A stretch of DNA of 64,000 bases from Pseudomonadota bacterium (GTDB lineage: Bacteria > Bdellovibrionota_C > UBA2361 > OMII01): the NCBI GenBank assembly GCA_039799965.1, contig JBDLRS010000015.1:7497-71496 (forward strand), in the 5' to 3' direction. The notes under the pieces were generated by a model, which saw nothing but the letters and a program-made list of their open reading frames with translations, was not told where the DNA came from and ran no database searches. Positions 9,245 to 18,679 of the stretch are shown here, piece by piece (the first letter of the stretch is position 1; each line of letters starts with the position of its first letter). The position numbers and the translations under genes are program-made.

Positions 9245-10435
9245 ATGGGGCTTCGACGTATCGCCGTTGTTGGTTCGACGGGCTCCATCGGAACCTCAAC
9301 TCTTGAGGTGGTGAGGGCGCATCCCGAGCGATTCGTCATCGATTGTCTTGTCGCCGGTCGACGTGGTGACGCGTTGGCTGAGCAAGTGCGGGCGTTTCGG
9401 CCCCGTGTGGCCGCGGTGAGCGACGTTGCGGGGTTTGAGGCGCTGTGCAAAGGGCTCGGTGTTTCGCCGACAACCTCTCGCTGGAACGAGACAGAGCTCC
9501 TGTGCGGTGATGAAGAGATCGTCAATCTGATTCGCGAGAGTCGCGCTGAGGTTGTGGTCGCGGCCGTCGTAGGGATGGCGGGACTCGCTGGAGTTCTTGC
9601 CGCGATCGACTCTGGAAAGGATATCGCGCTCGCCAATAAAGAGGCGCTCGTAGTGGGGGGAGAGCTCGTGATGGAGCGAGCCCGCGCCGTTGGTGTCTCG
9701 ATCATTCCTGTTGATAGTGAGCACTCGGCCATCTTCCAGGCGCTTCAAGGTACTCAAGAGGAGGATCTCGAATCGGTAATTCTTACCGCCTCCGGCGGCC
9801 CGTTTTTGCATACCCCTCTGGCGGATTTTAGCTCCATAACCCCCGAGCGAGCGCTCAAACATCCGAAGTGGAACATGGGGGCAAAGATATCCATCGACTC
9901 CGCGACTATGATGAATAAGGCTCTTGAAGTTATTGAGGCTCGATGGCTCTTCAACGTTCCAGCAAAACGGATTGAGGTCATTATCCACCCGCAAAGCATC
10001 ATTCATTCGATGATCCGGCTCGTTGATGGCTCTGTTTTGGCGCAACTATCCATCCCAGACATGAAGGGCCCGATTGCATACGCCTTAACGTATCCGAACG
10101 AGCGAGCCCATGGGGTGATGGAGCGTCTTGATTTTACCAAGGTCACTGAGCTGACCTTCCTCCCTGTTGATGACCAGAAGTTTCCAGGATTACGCCGGGC
10201 TAGGGAGTGTTTAGAGGGGGCAAATGGGGCATGCGCGGTACTTAACGCGTCAAATGAGGTTGCCGTAGAGCTCTTTTTGAATAAGGCTGTAGCCTTCGAG
10301 TCTATTCATAGATTGGTAGGGGACTCCCTTGAGAAGTTCGGTTCCCGGTCTTATCAAGATGTGAGGGAGCTTTTCTCGCTGACCGACGAGGTGTCGGTGT
10401 GGGCTCGACAACACGCGACGAGTATTCAAACATAG
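9245..10435 (+). CDS. dxr: 1-deoxy-D-xylulose 5-phosphate reductoisomerase.
   Basis: The N-terminal IAVVGSTGSIG NADPH motif is present, at the conserved position after cdsA. Confidence 0.9.
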   Translation: MGLRRIAVVGSTGSIGTSTLEVVRAHPERFVIDCLVAGRRGDALAEQVRAFRPRVAAVSDVAGFEALCKGLGVSPTTSRWNETELLCGDEEIVNLIRESRAEVVVAAVVGMAGLAGVLAAIDSGKDIALANKEALVVGGELVMERARAVGVSIIPVDSEHSAIFQALQGTQEEDLESVILTASGGPFLHTPLADFSSITPERALKHPKWNMGAKISIDSATMMNKALEVIEARWLFNVPAKRIEVIIHPQSIIHSMIRLVDGSVLAQLSIPDMKGPIAYALTYPNERAHGVMERLDFTKVTELTFLPVDDQKFPGLRRARECLEGANGACAVLNASNEVAVELFLNKAVAFESIHRLVGDSLEKFGSRSYQDVRELFSLTDEVSVWARQHATSIQT

Positions 10436-10441
10436 AACGTT

Positions 10442-11671
10442 ATGAGCATTATTACCGCGATCCTTGTCCTCGGCATCCTCGTCTTCGTGCACGAGCTCGG
10501 CCACTTTCTCGTCGCTAAGTACTTCGGTGTTGGAGTGCTAGAGTTCGCTCTCGGCTTCGGTCGAGTTCTTACCCGATTCCAGTACGGCGAGACGACCTAT
10601 ACGATTCGCATGATCCCGCTCGGTGGTTTTGTGCGCATGGCGGGTGATGATCCGACCCTTGTGCATGGAGATCCTAATCGGTCGCAAAAAGAGATCGCGG
10701 AGCAGGCGGCCGCCGGCGCCTCTCCTATTGAGGGAGGAAATGAGAAGTTGACTCCGCTCCAAGAGGCGATGGTGAAGGACTCCACGCGGTGGTTCCTAAA
10801 GAAGCCCTACGGGCCTCGAGCAGCTATCGTTCTTGCTGGCCCACTCTTCAACTTCCTCTTCGCATGGGTCCTTGCCTCGGGGATGTACTATACGATCGGT
10901 CTTCCTAAAATAATTGATGGACCTGTGACGGTCGGCGGGCTCTCACCTGGGATGCCCGCTGAGACCTCAGGTATGAAGGTCGGTGACCGAATCCTCACCG
11001 TGAACGGATCGACGGTTGAGAGCTATCAGGAGTTGATTGAGATCGTTCGTGGCTCTGATGGTAAGCCGCTTTCCGTGAAGGTTGAGCGTTCATCACAAGA
11101 AAACGCCGGAACGGCCGCAGCGGCCGACACGATAGAGCTGACCATAAACCCACAGGCGAGTAATCCCGAACTCGACGCACTTGAAGGAACTATCGGAGAT
11201 AAGCCGACCTACAGGATCGGCATCGCGCCGACCTTCAAGAATGTGGAGTACGAGGATATCGGATTGGTTGGCGCCATGCAGGCAGGCCAAGCGCAGGTGG
11301 TGGGACTCTCTCTTCAGACCTTGCGGGTTCTGAAGGGCCTTCTTACTGGACTTATCAATCCGCAAAAGGCGATCGGCGGTCCTATCGAGATTATTAAGCA
11401 AACCGCGGCGAGCGCAAGCGAGGGGTCGGTCGCGATCATCTCGATGATGATCTTCCTGAACGTGACCCTTGGGGTCATGAATCTCCTTCCGATCCCCGTG
11501 TTGGATGGTGGTCACCTGGTACTCTTTACCCTTGAGTTCCTTCGCGGACGACCGCTTAGTATGCGCTTTCAAGAGTATGCGATGCGGGTAGGTATGACCC
11601 TGCTCCTGCTCCTCATGGTGTTCGCCATCGGTAACGATATCCGGCGCATTATTCCGTGGCCCCTCTTTTAG
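10442..11671 (+). CDS. rseP: RIP zinc metalloprotease RseP (site-2 protease with a PDZ domain).
   Basis: HELGHF HExxH motif in the first TM helix, a central PDZ-like region and a C-terminal LDGG motif. Conserved position after dxr. Confidence 0.85.
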   Translation: MSIITAILVLGILVFVHELGHFLVAKYFGVGVLEFALGFGRVLTRFQYGETTYTIRMIPLGGFVRMAGDDPTLVHGDPNRSQKEIAEQAAAGASPIEGGNEKLTPLQEAMVKDSTRWFLKKPYGPRAAIVLAGPLFNFLFAWVLASGMYYTIGLPKIIDGPVTVGGLSPGMPAETSGMKVGDRILTVNGSTVESYQELIEIVRGSDGKPLSVKVERSSQENAGTAAAADTIELTINPQASNPELDALEGTIGDKPTYRIGIAPTFKNVEYEDIGLVGAMQAGQAQVVGLSLQTLRVLKGLLTGLINPQKAIGGPIEIIKQTAASASEGSVAIISMMIFLNVTLGVMNLLPIPVLDGGHLVLFTLEFLRGRPLSMRFQEYAMRVGMTLLLLLMVFAIGNDIRRIIPWPLF

Positions 11672-11683
11672 TAGCTAGGTTAC

Positions 11684-12373
11684 ATGGCGGCACTTTGTAC
11701 GGACGTTCTTGCGATCGACACAAGCGGCTCATTTTGTAGCATCGCGGTTGTGAACAGATCGGGTGTACGCACGGCCGTGTCCTCCACCGGTTCAGGGGAT
11801 CACTTTGAACAGCTTCCGCTGCTCGTTGGGCGAGTGTGCGAGGAGGCTGGTATCTCACTAAGCGATATTCGTTCAATTCGGATCGGTATGGGGCCCGGGT
11901 CTTTCACCGGACTTCGGATCGGCATGAGTTTCGTAAAGGGATTGGCGTGCTCTCTTCGAGTGCCCCTTGTCGGATGTTCGTCGCTCGCGGGCGCCGCGGC
12001 GGCCGCGTGGTTACGGGACAGCTCCCTGGAGCGGGTGGTGGTGCTCGCCGACGCCCGTCGTGATGAGGTGTTCGCCGCCGCGTATACCCGGGGGGCTCCC
12101 ATTATGGAGGAGGTGGCTCCCTGTATCGTTCCTGTCGCGGAACTGAGTGCGGCGACATGGTCTACGTCCGGGACCCACTGGGTGACTCCCCAGCGGGATT
12201 TTACTCTGCACGGGGTGCCGTTAGTCGCGGAGGGCGAGATCGCCTCTGGGTTGGTAGTCCTTCAGGGGGATGTCCTAAAAGCCTTTGATATCGGTGATAT
12301 CGCAGCCCTTGAGCCGAGCTATCTCAGGGCTGTGGCCGCAAAAACGATAGCGGAGCGAAGGCAGGGGGCTTGA
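11684..12373 (+). CDS. tsaB: tRNA threonylcarbamoyladenosine biosynthesis protein TsaB (YeaZ family).
   Basis: The N-terminal LAIDTSGSFCSIAVV is typical of the inactive Kae1/TsaD paralogue. Confidence 0.65.
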   Translation: MAALCTDVLAIDTSGSFCSIAVVNRSGVRTAVSSTGSGDHFEQLPLLVGRVCEEAGISLSDIRSIRIGMGPGSFTGLRIGMSFVKGLACSLRVPLVGCSSLAGAAAAAWLRDSSLERVVVLADARRDEVFAAAYTRGAPIMEEVAPCIVPVAELSAATWSTSGTHWVTPQRDFTLHGVPLVAEGEIASGLVVLQGDVLKAFDIGDIAALEPSYLRAVAAKTIAERRQGA

Positions 12374-12740
12374 CGCACCTTCAACTCCTTGCTAGGAAGT
12401 CTGAGGGGAGACGTCTTTCGACGCCCTCCGGCGCTTCTTTTTAGTATCCTTTGTCGGTAACGCTAGCGCTCCTTTTCATCCCTCGCATCGGGTTCCTCTA
12501 AGCTCCGCTTTTTCAGCGGTGGTGTAGATAGCCCAAGGGGGAGGTTTAGCGCGGCTATTCGAGAGATACGATTCAATAACAACTTTGTCGGATCCACGTA
12601 TCTGGACATCTGTAGCAAAAAACTCCAAGGCACGTAGATCACATCTGTAGTGGTTTCGCTCCCGCGTGAGAGATGACCATGAGAGTGCGGACGAGGGCTG
12701 AACGAGTAGTGTGTAGAAACAATAAATCGAGTGTTACACC

Positions 12741-13994
12741 ATGAACCTCAATGAACTAAAACGCCAAAAGACCGAAGAACTCATGAAGTTGGCCGCCGAA
12801 TTCGATATCGAGGGGGCTAACAACATGAGGCGCCAAGAGTTGATCTTCGCGATCCTAGCGGCGCAGGCTGACGCGAATGGAAGCATCTACGCGAGCGGCG
12901 TTCTTGAGTGCCTCCCGGATGGTTTCGGATTCCTCCGTTCCCCAGATTATAACTACCTTCCAGGTCCAGACGACGTGTATGTTTCGCCAGCTCAGATCCG
13001 ACGGTTCGGGTTGAAAACTGGAGATTCCATCGAAGGGCAGATCCGTTCCCCTCGAGAGAAGGAGGGTGAGCGTTACTTCGCGCTCCTTAAGGTTAACTCC
13101 GTTAACTACGATCCACCCGAGGTTCTTAAGACAAAGATTCACTTCGACAACCTCACCGCACTCTACCCCGATGAGCGTATCAAGCTTGAGACCAAGAGCG
13201 GCGCCCTTTCGACCCGCATCATGGAGCTCTTCTGTCCCGTAGGAAAGGGACAGCGCGCTCTGATCGTCGCTCCTCCACGTACCGGTAAGACAATCCTCTT
13301 GCAGAACATAGCCAACGCGATCACTGAGAACCACCCTGAGATTATTCTCTTGGTTCTGCTTATCGATGAGCGTCCTGAGGAGGTGACTGACATGGCTCGC
13401 TCCGTCAAGGGTGAGGTTGTGAGCTCAACCTTCGACGAGCCGGCTCAGCGCCACGTACAGGTCGCTGACATGGTTATCGAGAAGGCGAAGCGGCTGGTTG
13501 AGCACAAGCGGGACGTGGTAATCCTTCTTGACTCGATTACTCGTCTGGCTCGTGCGTATAACACGGTCGTTCCTCCGAGCGGTAAGATCCTCTCCGGAGG
13601 TGTGGACGCCAACGCGCTCCACAAGCCGAAGCGTTTCTTCGGCGCGGCTCGTAACGTCGAAGAGGGGGGAAGTCTTACCATCATCGGCACCGCGCTCATC
13701 GAGACCGGAAGCCGAATGGATGAAGTTATCTTCGAGGAATTCAAAGGAACTGGTAACAGTGAGATCGTGCTCGATCGTAAGCTCTCGGAGCGACGCGTTT
13801 ACCCAGCGATGGACATTAAGGCGTCGGGAACTCGTAAAGAGGATCTCCTCCTTGAGAACGACGTCATGCAGAAGGTGTGGGCGCTCAGACGGGTGCTCAA
13901 CCCACTCAACTCCGTCGAGGCTATGGAGTTCCTCGTCAGCAAGATGGATGGAACTAAGAGTAACAAGGAATTCTTGGACAAGATGAAGGGGTAG
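12741..13994 (+). CDS. rho: Transcription termination factor Rho.
   Basis: N-terminal RNA-binding domain, P-loop [17 protein letters not shown], 417 aa. Preceded by a long C-rich leader of about 370 nt. Confidence 0.95.
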   Translation: MNLNELKRQKTEELMKLAAEFDIEGANNMRRQELIFAILAAQADANGSIYASGVLECLPDGFGFLRSPDYNYLPGPDDVYVSPAQIRRFGLKTGDSIEGQIRSPREKEGERYFALLKVNSVNYDPPEVLKTKIHFDNLTALYPDERIKLETKSGALSTRIMELFCPVGKGQRALIVAPPRTGKTILLQNIANAITENHPEIILLVLLIDERPEEVTDMARSVKGEVVSSTFDEPAQRHVQVADMVIEKAKRLVEHKRDVVILLDSITRLARAYNTVVPPSGKILSGGVDANALHKPKRFFGAARNVEEGGSLTIIGTALIETGSRMDEVIFEEFKGTGNSEIVLDRKLSERRVYPAMDIKASGTRKEDLLLENDVMQKVWALRRVLNPLNSVEAMEFLVSKMDGTKSNKEFLDKMKG

Positions 13995-14018
13995 GGAAAC
14001 CCGTCCTTCACGAAAAGA

Positions 14019-14045
14019 GGTCGTCCGAAAGGGCGGCCTTTTTTG
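14019..14045 (+). terminator. Rho-independent terminator downstream of rho.
   Basis: GGTCGTCC-GAAA-GGGCGGCC forms an 8-bp stem (with 2 G-U pairs) followed by TTTTTT. Confidence 0.5.
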
Positions 14046-14135
14046 TGGTCATGATTGCGGCGTTCCGAACTGGTTATCCTCGAGTGAGGATGTAGGGGTC
14101 TTTTCGCGGCAGGCACTTCAAGCTAAAGTTTTCTT

Positions 14136-15542
14136 ATGTCCGCAGAGCGAAACATAAAGATCCTCGCCGTTGATGATGAGCCAGATGGGTTGTATGCCCT
14201 TGAACAGCTTTTGGTACTGCGTGGCTATTCAGTGATTACCGCCTCCTCTGGAACGGAGACCTTAGAGAGAGCTCGCAACGAGCGTCCCGATCTTATCCTC
14301 CTTGATGTGATGATGCCCGAGCCAAACGGGTATCAGGTGGCAAAGACCCTCAAAGCGGACCCTGAGCTTCGGTACGTGCCGATCGTGCTTCTTACCGGCA
14401 AGGATGAGCTCGAGGATATTATCCACGGACTTAATCAGGGTGCGGATGACTACATCTGCAAGCCGTACAACTCGCAGGAGCTGATCGCTCGGGTTCACGC
14501 CGCTTTGCGTGTGCGATCGATTTATGGCGAGTTGCGCGAGACGAAGGTCGCTAATCGTCGGCTACAAGCGCGCATGGAAGAGAGCTTCTCATTCGCGAAT
14601 ATCATCGGTCGAAGTCCGGCGATGACCTCGTTGTATGAGGTAATGACCAAAGTGGCTGATTCCGATGTTCCGGTGCTGGTCACCGGTGAATCTGGTACCG
14701 GTAAGGAGCTGGTGGCAACAGCGCTTCACACAAACGGCCCTCGTAAAGATAAGGCGTTCGTAGTGGCGAACTGCTCGGCGTTTAATGAGAACCTCCTTGA
14801 GTCCGAGCTCTTCGGTCATGTTAAGGGAGCCTTCACCGGAGCGTTGCGAGATAAGCAGGGGCTCTTTGAGGTCGCTGACGGTGGTACATTTTTCCTCGAT
14901 GAATTGGGTGAGATGAGCCCCGCCCTGCAGGTGAAGCTTCTGCGAGTTTTGCAGGACGGCACCTTCATGCCGGTCGGAGGGACAAAACAGATCCGAGTTA
15001 ATGTGCGTGTTATCGCCGCGACCAATCGAGACCTTGATGAGATGGTTAAGGCTGGAACGTTTCGCGAGGATCTCTACTACCGATTGAACGTGGTGAATCT
15101 CTCCCTTCCGCCGCTGCGGGAGCGAAAAGGAGATGTTCCGTTGCTCGTTGCGTTCTTCCTCAAGAAGGTCGCTGAGAGGAGTGGTAAAGTACCGAAGGAG
15201 ATCGCTCCTGAGGCGATGGCGGCGCTTGAGTCCTTCTCCTGGCCCGGAAATATCCGACAGCTTGAAAATGAGCTTCAACGCGCCTACGTAATGGCGGGCA
15301 AGGATCCGCTTATTACACGCTCGTGTCTCTCACCCGCTGTGGCTGCGAGTGGTACTACGGTAGAGGGTGATGTCATGTTTCCTCAAGAGGGAAAGCTGAA
15401 AGATGTTCTTGAGAGCGTTGAGCGAGATATGATCGTTGCGACCTTGAAGCGGTGTGAAGGGAACAAAAGCGAAGCGGCTCGTCAGTTAGGTATTTCACGT
15501 TCGAACCTCATAGCGAAGGCGCAAAGTTTTGGTATCGAATAG
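14136..15542 (+). CDS. Sigma-54-dependent response regulator (NtrC family: REC + AAA+ + HTH).
   Basis: N-terminal receiver (ILAVDDEPD...LDVMMP), Walker A GESGTGKE, GAFTGA sigma54-contact motif and a C-terminal Fis-type HTH. Confidence 0.85.
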   Translation: MSAERNIKILAVDDEPDGLYALEQLLVLRGYSVITASSGTETLERARNERPDLILLDVMMPEPNGYQVAKTLKADPELRYVPIVLLTGKDELEDIIHGLNQGADDYICKPYNSQELIARVHAALRVRSIYGELRETKVANRRLQARMEESFSFANIIGRSPAMTSLYEVMTKVADSDVPVLVTGESGTGKELVATALHTNGPRKDKAFVVANCSAFNENLLESELFGHVKGAFTGALRDKQGLFEVADGGTFFLDELGEMSPALQVKLLRVLQDGTFMPVGGTKQIRVNVRVIAATNRDLDEMVKAGTFREDLYYRLNVVNLSLPPLRERKGDVPLLVAFFLKKVAERSGKVPKEIAPEAMAALESFSWPGNIRQLENELQRAYVMAGKDPLITRSCLSPAVAASGTTVEGDVMFPQEGKLKDVLESVERDMIVATLKRCEGNKSEAARQLGISRSNLIAKAQSFGIE

Positions 15543-15902
15543 GTGCATATGTTGACCGGTATCCTTGTCTCGAGTGATCTCATTTTTATCTCCAAGGTTA
15601 AGGAGGCCGCGGCCGCGGCGCAGGGGCAGGTGAAGGTCGCTCGCTCACTCCAGGCGCTCGAGCAAGCGATGGCCGAGGTGTCATCGCCCGGTGTGCTTAT
15701 GATCGACCTGGAAAAGAGTGGGGTTCCCATGGATGCTCTGCAAGAGCCGGTGTCGAAGCTGACTGCTCAGGGATGGCACGTGATTAGTTTCTTTTCTCAT
15801 GTTCATGATCACCTAGCTGGAGAGGCGAACGCACTCGGTTTAGGGGAGGTGATGCCCCGCTCGAAGTTCGTTCGGATTCTTCCTGAGCTCTTTCCACGTT
15901 AA
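15543..15902 (+). CDS. Stand-alone receiver-like (CheY-like) domain protein with an atypical acidic pocket.
   Basis: 119 aa. ILVSSDLIF...VLMIDLEKSG...ISFFSH follows a REC fold pattern but has SD in place of the DD pair. The GTG start abuts the NtrC stop codon. Confidence 0.4.
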   Translation: MHMLTGILVSSDLIFISKVKEAAAAAQGQVKVARSLQALEQAMAEVSSPGVLMIDLEKSGVPMDALQEPVSKLTAQGWHVISFFSHVHDHLAGEANALGLGEVMPRSKFVRILPELFPR

Positions 15903-16138
15903 GGCCTCGCTGTGTATGCCGTGCTCGTGAACATCACCCGCCCGAACTGCTCGCTCCTTCTATAGCCCGTTAGGATAACCCTACCTAAAAACCTACGGCA
16001 TCCGGCTAGCAAACCCCTGTTTTGCCTCGCAAGTCCCAGGTATTCCTGCCCAAACGCGAAAAATTACCCACCATGCCCCTAAACTCCTTCAGGGCTCGTC
16101 GAGCGTGGCCCGATACTAATAGCAGGGGTGTATGAGTG

Positions 16139-16327
16139 AATAATCCTAACCTCGGCAGTTGTGGGTCTGAAAACGGCGCATCTGACTACAATCACTTTGT
16201 CTTTTGAATGTTCGGTGCTCACCCTGACGGTTCCAGGGTTGCGCCTTTCGAAAAGTTCAAAATACTTGGGGCTTGTAGCCATCTGCACCATTTCCATCCT
16301 CCTTACCTGCCCAATGTAGGATAATCG
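16139..16327. repeat. MITE-like intergenic repeat, copy A, with terminal inverted repeats ATAATCCTAACCTCGGCAG / CTGCCCAATGTAGGATAAT.
   Basis: Shares about 90 bp of near-identical core with 25611..25700 and a diverged core with 35404..35614 and 35966..36170. The TIRs were read directly. Confidence 0.6.
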
Positions 16328-16403
16328 CTCAGGTCCTCCACGCAGTGGTGTGGTGTTTCTCGTGGTGTGGCGGTACCGACTAGCAACCAAAACGTAGAAC
16401 CTC

Positions 16404-17099
16404 ATGACCGAACTTCTCTCACTACCTTGGTACGTAACGGTGGCGCCCCTGTGCGCGCTCATCGGCGCGATAGCCGTGAGTAAGGCGCTAAACATCTCTC
16501 AGCTTGCTTCGTTTCTGGGCGCTGCGCTGCCCCTTGGATTACCTCACGCCGACCTCTCCGTTTCCTCTCAGTCGCTGCTATCTAAAGCTCCCGTTCAGGT
16601 CGTAGGGGGATGGGGAATGATGCTGGGGATCGCTGTAATCTGGGTCCTTCTGCGTGCCCTTGTGCGAGCGGTTAAGGGACCCGTGGGGCTCCTGAAAGCG
16701 ATCTTTTCACTTCTCCTCGGCGCCGCAGGAGTCGTGGTGGTGTTACTGCTTGCGGAACCGAGGATGCTTCACACGTATTTCCCTGATTGGAGGGAGTCCG
16801 TCGGTGGGCTACTCCTCGCGACAACAACGGCGAGTGTCGCGCTCACGATTATTCGACTCTTCAAATCGGCAGCTATCCTTGTCGTTGCCTCGGTGGCAAC
16901 GGTTATACTCGCGAGTCAGGTATTCTTCGAGAAGATGCCATACGATCTCAAAGAATCTGACATCCAGAAGATTGAGAGGGCACTCCCAGCCTCGATGCCG
17001 AAAGGGCTCGTTGCAAACGGGTTTGAGGGGCTGATCAAAGCCAGCGCCTCAACTCGCTCCGCCCTTGGGACGGCGGCTTCTGACGATATTGAGTCTTGA
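16404..17099 (+). CDS. Hypothetical polytopic membrane protein.
   Basis: 231 aa with several hydrophobic helices. No motifs recognised. Confidence 0.4.
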   Translation: MTELLSLPWYVTVAPLCALIGAIAVSKALNISQLASFLGAALPLGLPHADLSVSSQSLLSKAPVQVVGGWGMMLGIAVIWVLLRALVRAVKGPVGLLKAIFSLLLGAAGVVVVLLLAEPRMLHTYFPDWRESVGGLLLATTTASVALTIIRLFKSAAILVVASVATVILASQVFFEKMPYDLKESDIQKIERALPASMPKGLVANGFEGLIKASASTRSALGTAASDDIES

Positions 17100-17399
17100 T
17101 ACGAAACCTTCCACCGAACGTCGATGCCGCACGATATCGAGCCCCACCAGGATCGCGGCGATGCACACAAGAGCGATCCCTCCCATCAACACGATTCGGT
17201 AGAAGCTCTGCTTGGACTCAAGGCGTTCGAGGAGCATGGGGTCGAACGTTCCCATCTCGCCCCGCTTACGGAGGAGGTCTTGCACCGATTCCTCGAAGTG
17301 GACACCTTTTCGATACCCCATAACCACGTTTCCCGTTCCGATCACGAGAAAGAGAAGGGCGCACATAGTCATCGTCGTGAAATGTAGTCGGTATCGCAT
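17049..17399 (-). CDS. Hypothetical small membrane protein (2 predicted TM helices).
   Basis: 116-aa ORF with two hydrophobic segments. Weak support. Confidence 0.25.
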   Translation of the reverse strand: MRYRLHFTTMTMCALLFLVIGTGNVVMGYRKGVHFEESVQDLLRKRGEMGTFDPMLLERLESKQSFYRIVLMGGIALVCIAAILVGLDIVRHRRSVEGFVSRLNIVRSRRPKGGAS

Positions 17400-17545
17400 A
17401 CGGGGGGTCTAGAGTAAGGACCACCGAGGCCCTCAAGCACTATACTCCGGTCGGGCCCGGAGAGAACATAATGTGGACCAGACCGGAGCCTCTGAGCCGA
17501 AACTTCTGTCTGGTGTAATTTCAAGGGGCGCTATAAGAGAAAACC

Positions 17546-17995
17546 ATGAGCGCAGAGGCCGGAAACAACACAAGTCAGATACCCGTGGAACCGCCCCTTC
17601 AGACCGTTTTTGCTCCCTCAAATTCTGCTCCTTCAAAAACTGTGAGACAGGGTAGCCCCTTCGCCCGCCTGGGGCTCACTGCACTGGTGTTGTTTTTAGG
17701 TTACAAGGCTCTTCCGTTCTACTATTATTACTTCGATATCAAGAATAACTGTGCGCAGGTACTACGAAACGCCGCCGTTCGGTCTGACGAAGAGCTTCGC
17801 AGGGAATGGCTGGAGGTGATTCGTGGCCACGGGATCGAGAAGGACGCGCGAGATATCGGTATACAGAGGATTGGTGGTCGGGTAAAAATGTGGCTACACT
17901 ATCAAGAGATCCTTGATGTTTCCCTTTTTGGGCGCAGTGTCACCCTCTACAGTTTTGATTTCACCCCCTCAGCGGACGTAGGGGTTGAGGAGTAA
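17546..17995 (+). CDS. Hypothetical membrane-anchored protein.
   Basis: 149 aa, with an N-terminal TM (LGLTALVLFLGY). Immediately precedes pyrR. Confidence 0.35.
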   Translation: MSAEAGNNTSQIPVEPPLQTVFAPSNSAPSKTVRQGSPFARLGLTALVLFLGYKALPFYYYYFDIKNNCAQVLRNAAVRSDEELRREWLEVIRGHGIEKDARDIGIQRIGGRVKMWLHYQEILDVSLFGRSVTLYSFDFTPSADVGVEE

Positions 17996-18007
17996 GGAAT
18001 TCAACGT

Positions 18008-18577
18008 ATGACAGAGAAGTTTAAGCCGGTACCGCGTGAGTGGCAGGTGGTCATGGATGAAGACACCATCTCTCGAGCCATCTCCCGCATGAGTTACGAG
18101 ATCCTTGAGAAGGACCGTGACATAAAGCACCTGGCGATCGTTGGAATCCGCACCGGGGGCGAATACCTTGGAAAGCGGCTTCAGCAGGAGATTCAACGGA
18201 TTGAGGGGGTCGAGGTCTCTTACGGTATCATCGATATCACCTTGTATCGTGACGACCTCTCAGCCGCCCAGTCCCAGCCAACCCTTAGAGGCACTGATCT
18301 CCCATTCAGGATAGCAGGGTCCCGAATCGTGTTGGTGGACGACGTGCTCTTCACTGGACGCACAATCCGGTCTGCTCTAGACGCTATTATTGATTTCGGT
18401 CGTCCGCGGCGGGTTGAGCTCGCGGTTCTATGTGACCGTGGGTACCGCGAGTTGCCGATCCAGGCTGACTATGTCGGGAAGGTCGTTCCGTGCCACCGTA
18501 ATCAATTGGTGCGGGTACGGCTCTCTGAGATGGGGTATCGCGACGGGGCCTATCTCATCGATCGAGAGGAGCGGTAA
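18008..18577 (+). CDS. pyrR: Bifunctional pyrimidine operon regulator / uracil phosphoribosyltransferase PyrR.
   Basis: The PRTase motif VLVDDVLFTGRTIRSA is present, at the head of the pyrBC-carAB cluster. Confidence 0.85.
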   Translation: MTEKFKPVPREWQVVMDEDTISRAISRMSYEILEKDRDIKHLAIVGIRTGGEYLGKRLQQEIQRIEGVEVSYGIIDITLYRDDLSAAQSQPTLRGTDLPFRIAGSRIVLVDDVLFTGRTIRSALDAIIDFGRPRRVELAVLCDRGYRELPIQADYVGKVVPCHRNQLVRVRLSEMGYRDGAYLIDREER

Positions 18578-18679
18578 GCTATCAATTCGCCTCAACTCCC
18601 CCTCAGTTGCATTTTTCTGAAAATAATGAGCAGCTAAGCTCTTGTAAAGTTCGCGCCAGTGGGATTAACTCACGACTCG

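Noticed and set aside
9296-10045. 249-aa minus-strand ORF inside dxr.
   Set aside because: Antisense to dxr, with no recognisable domain.
16079-16495. 138-aa minus-strand ORF.
   Set aside because: Most of it is read through MITE-like repeat copy A and it overlaps the start of the + strand membrane gene. Probably a chance ORF across the repeat.
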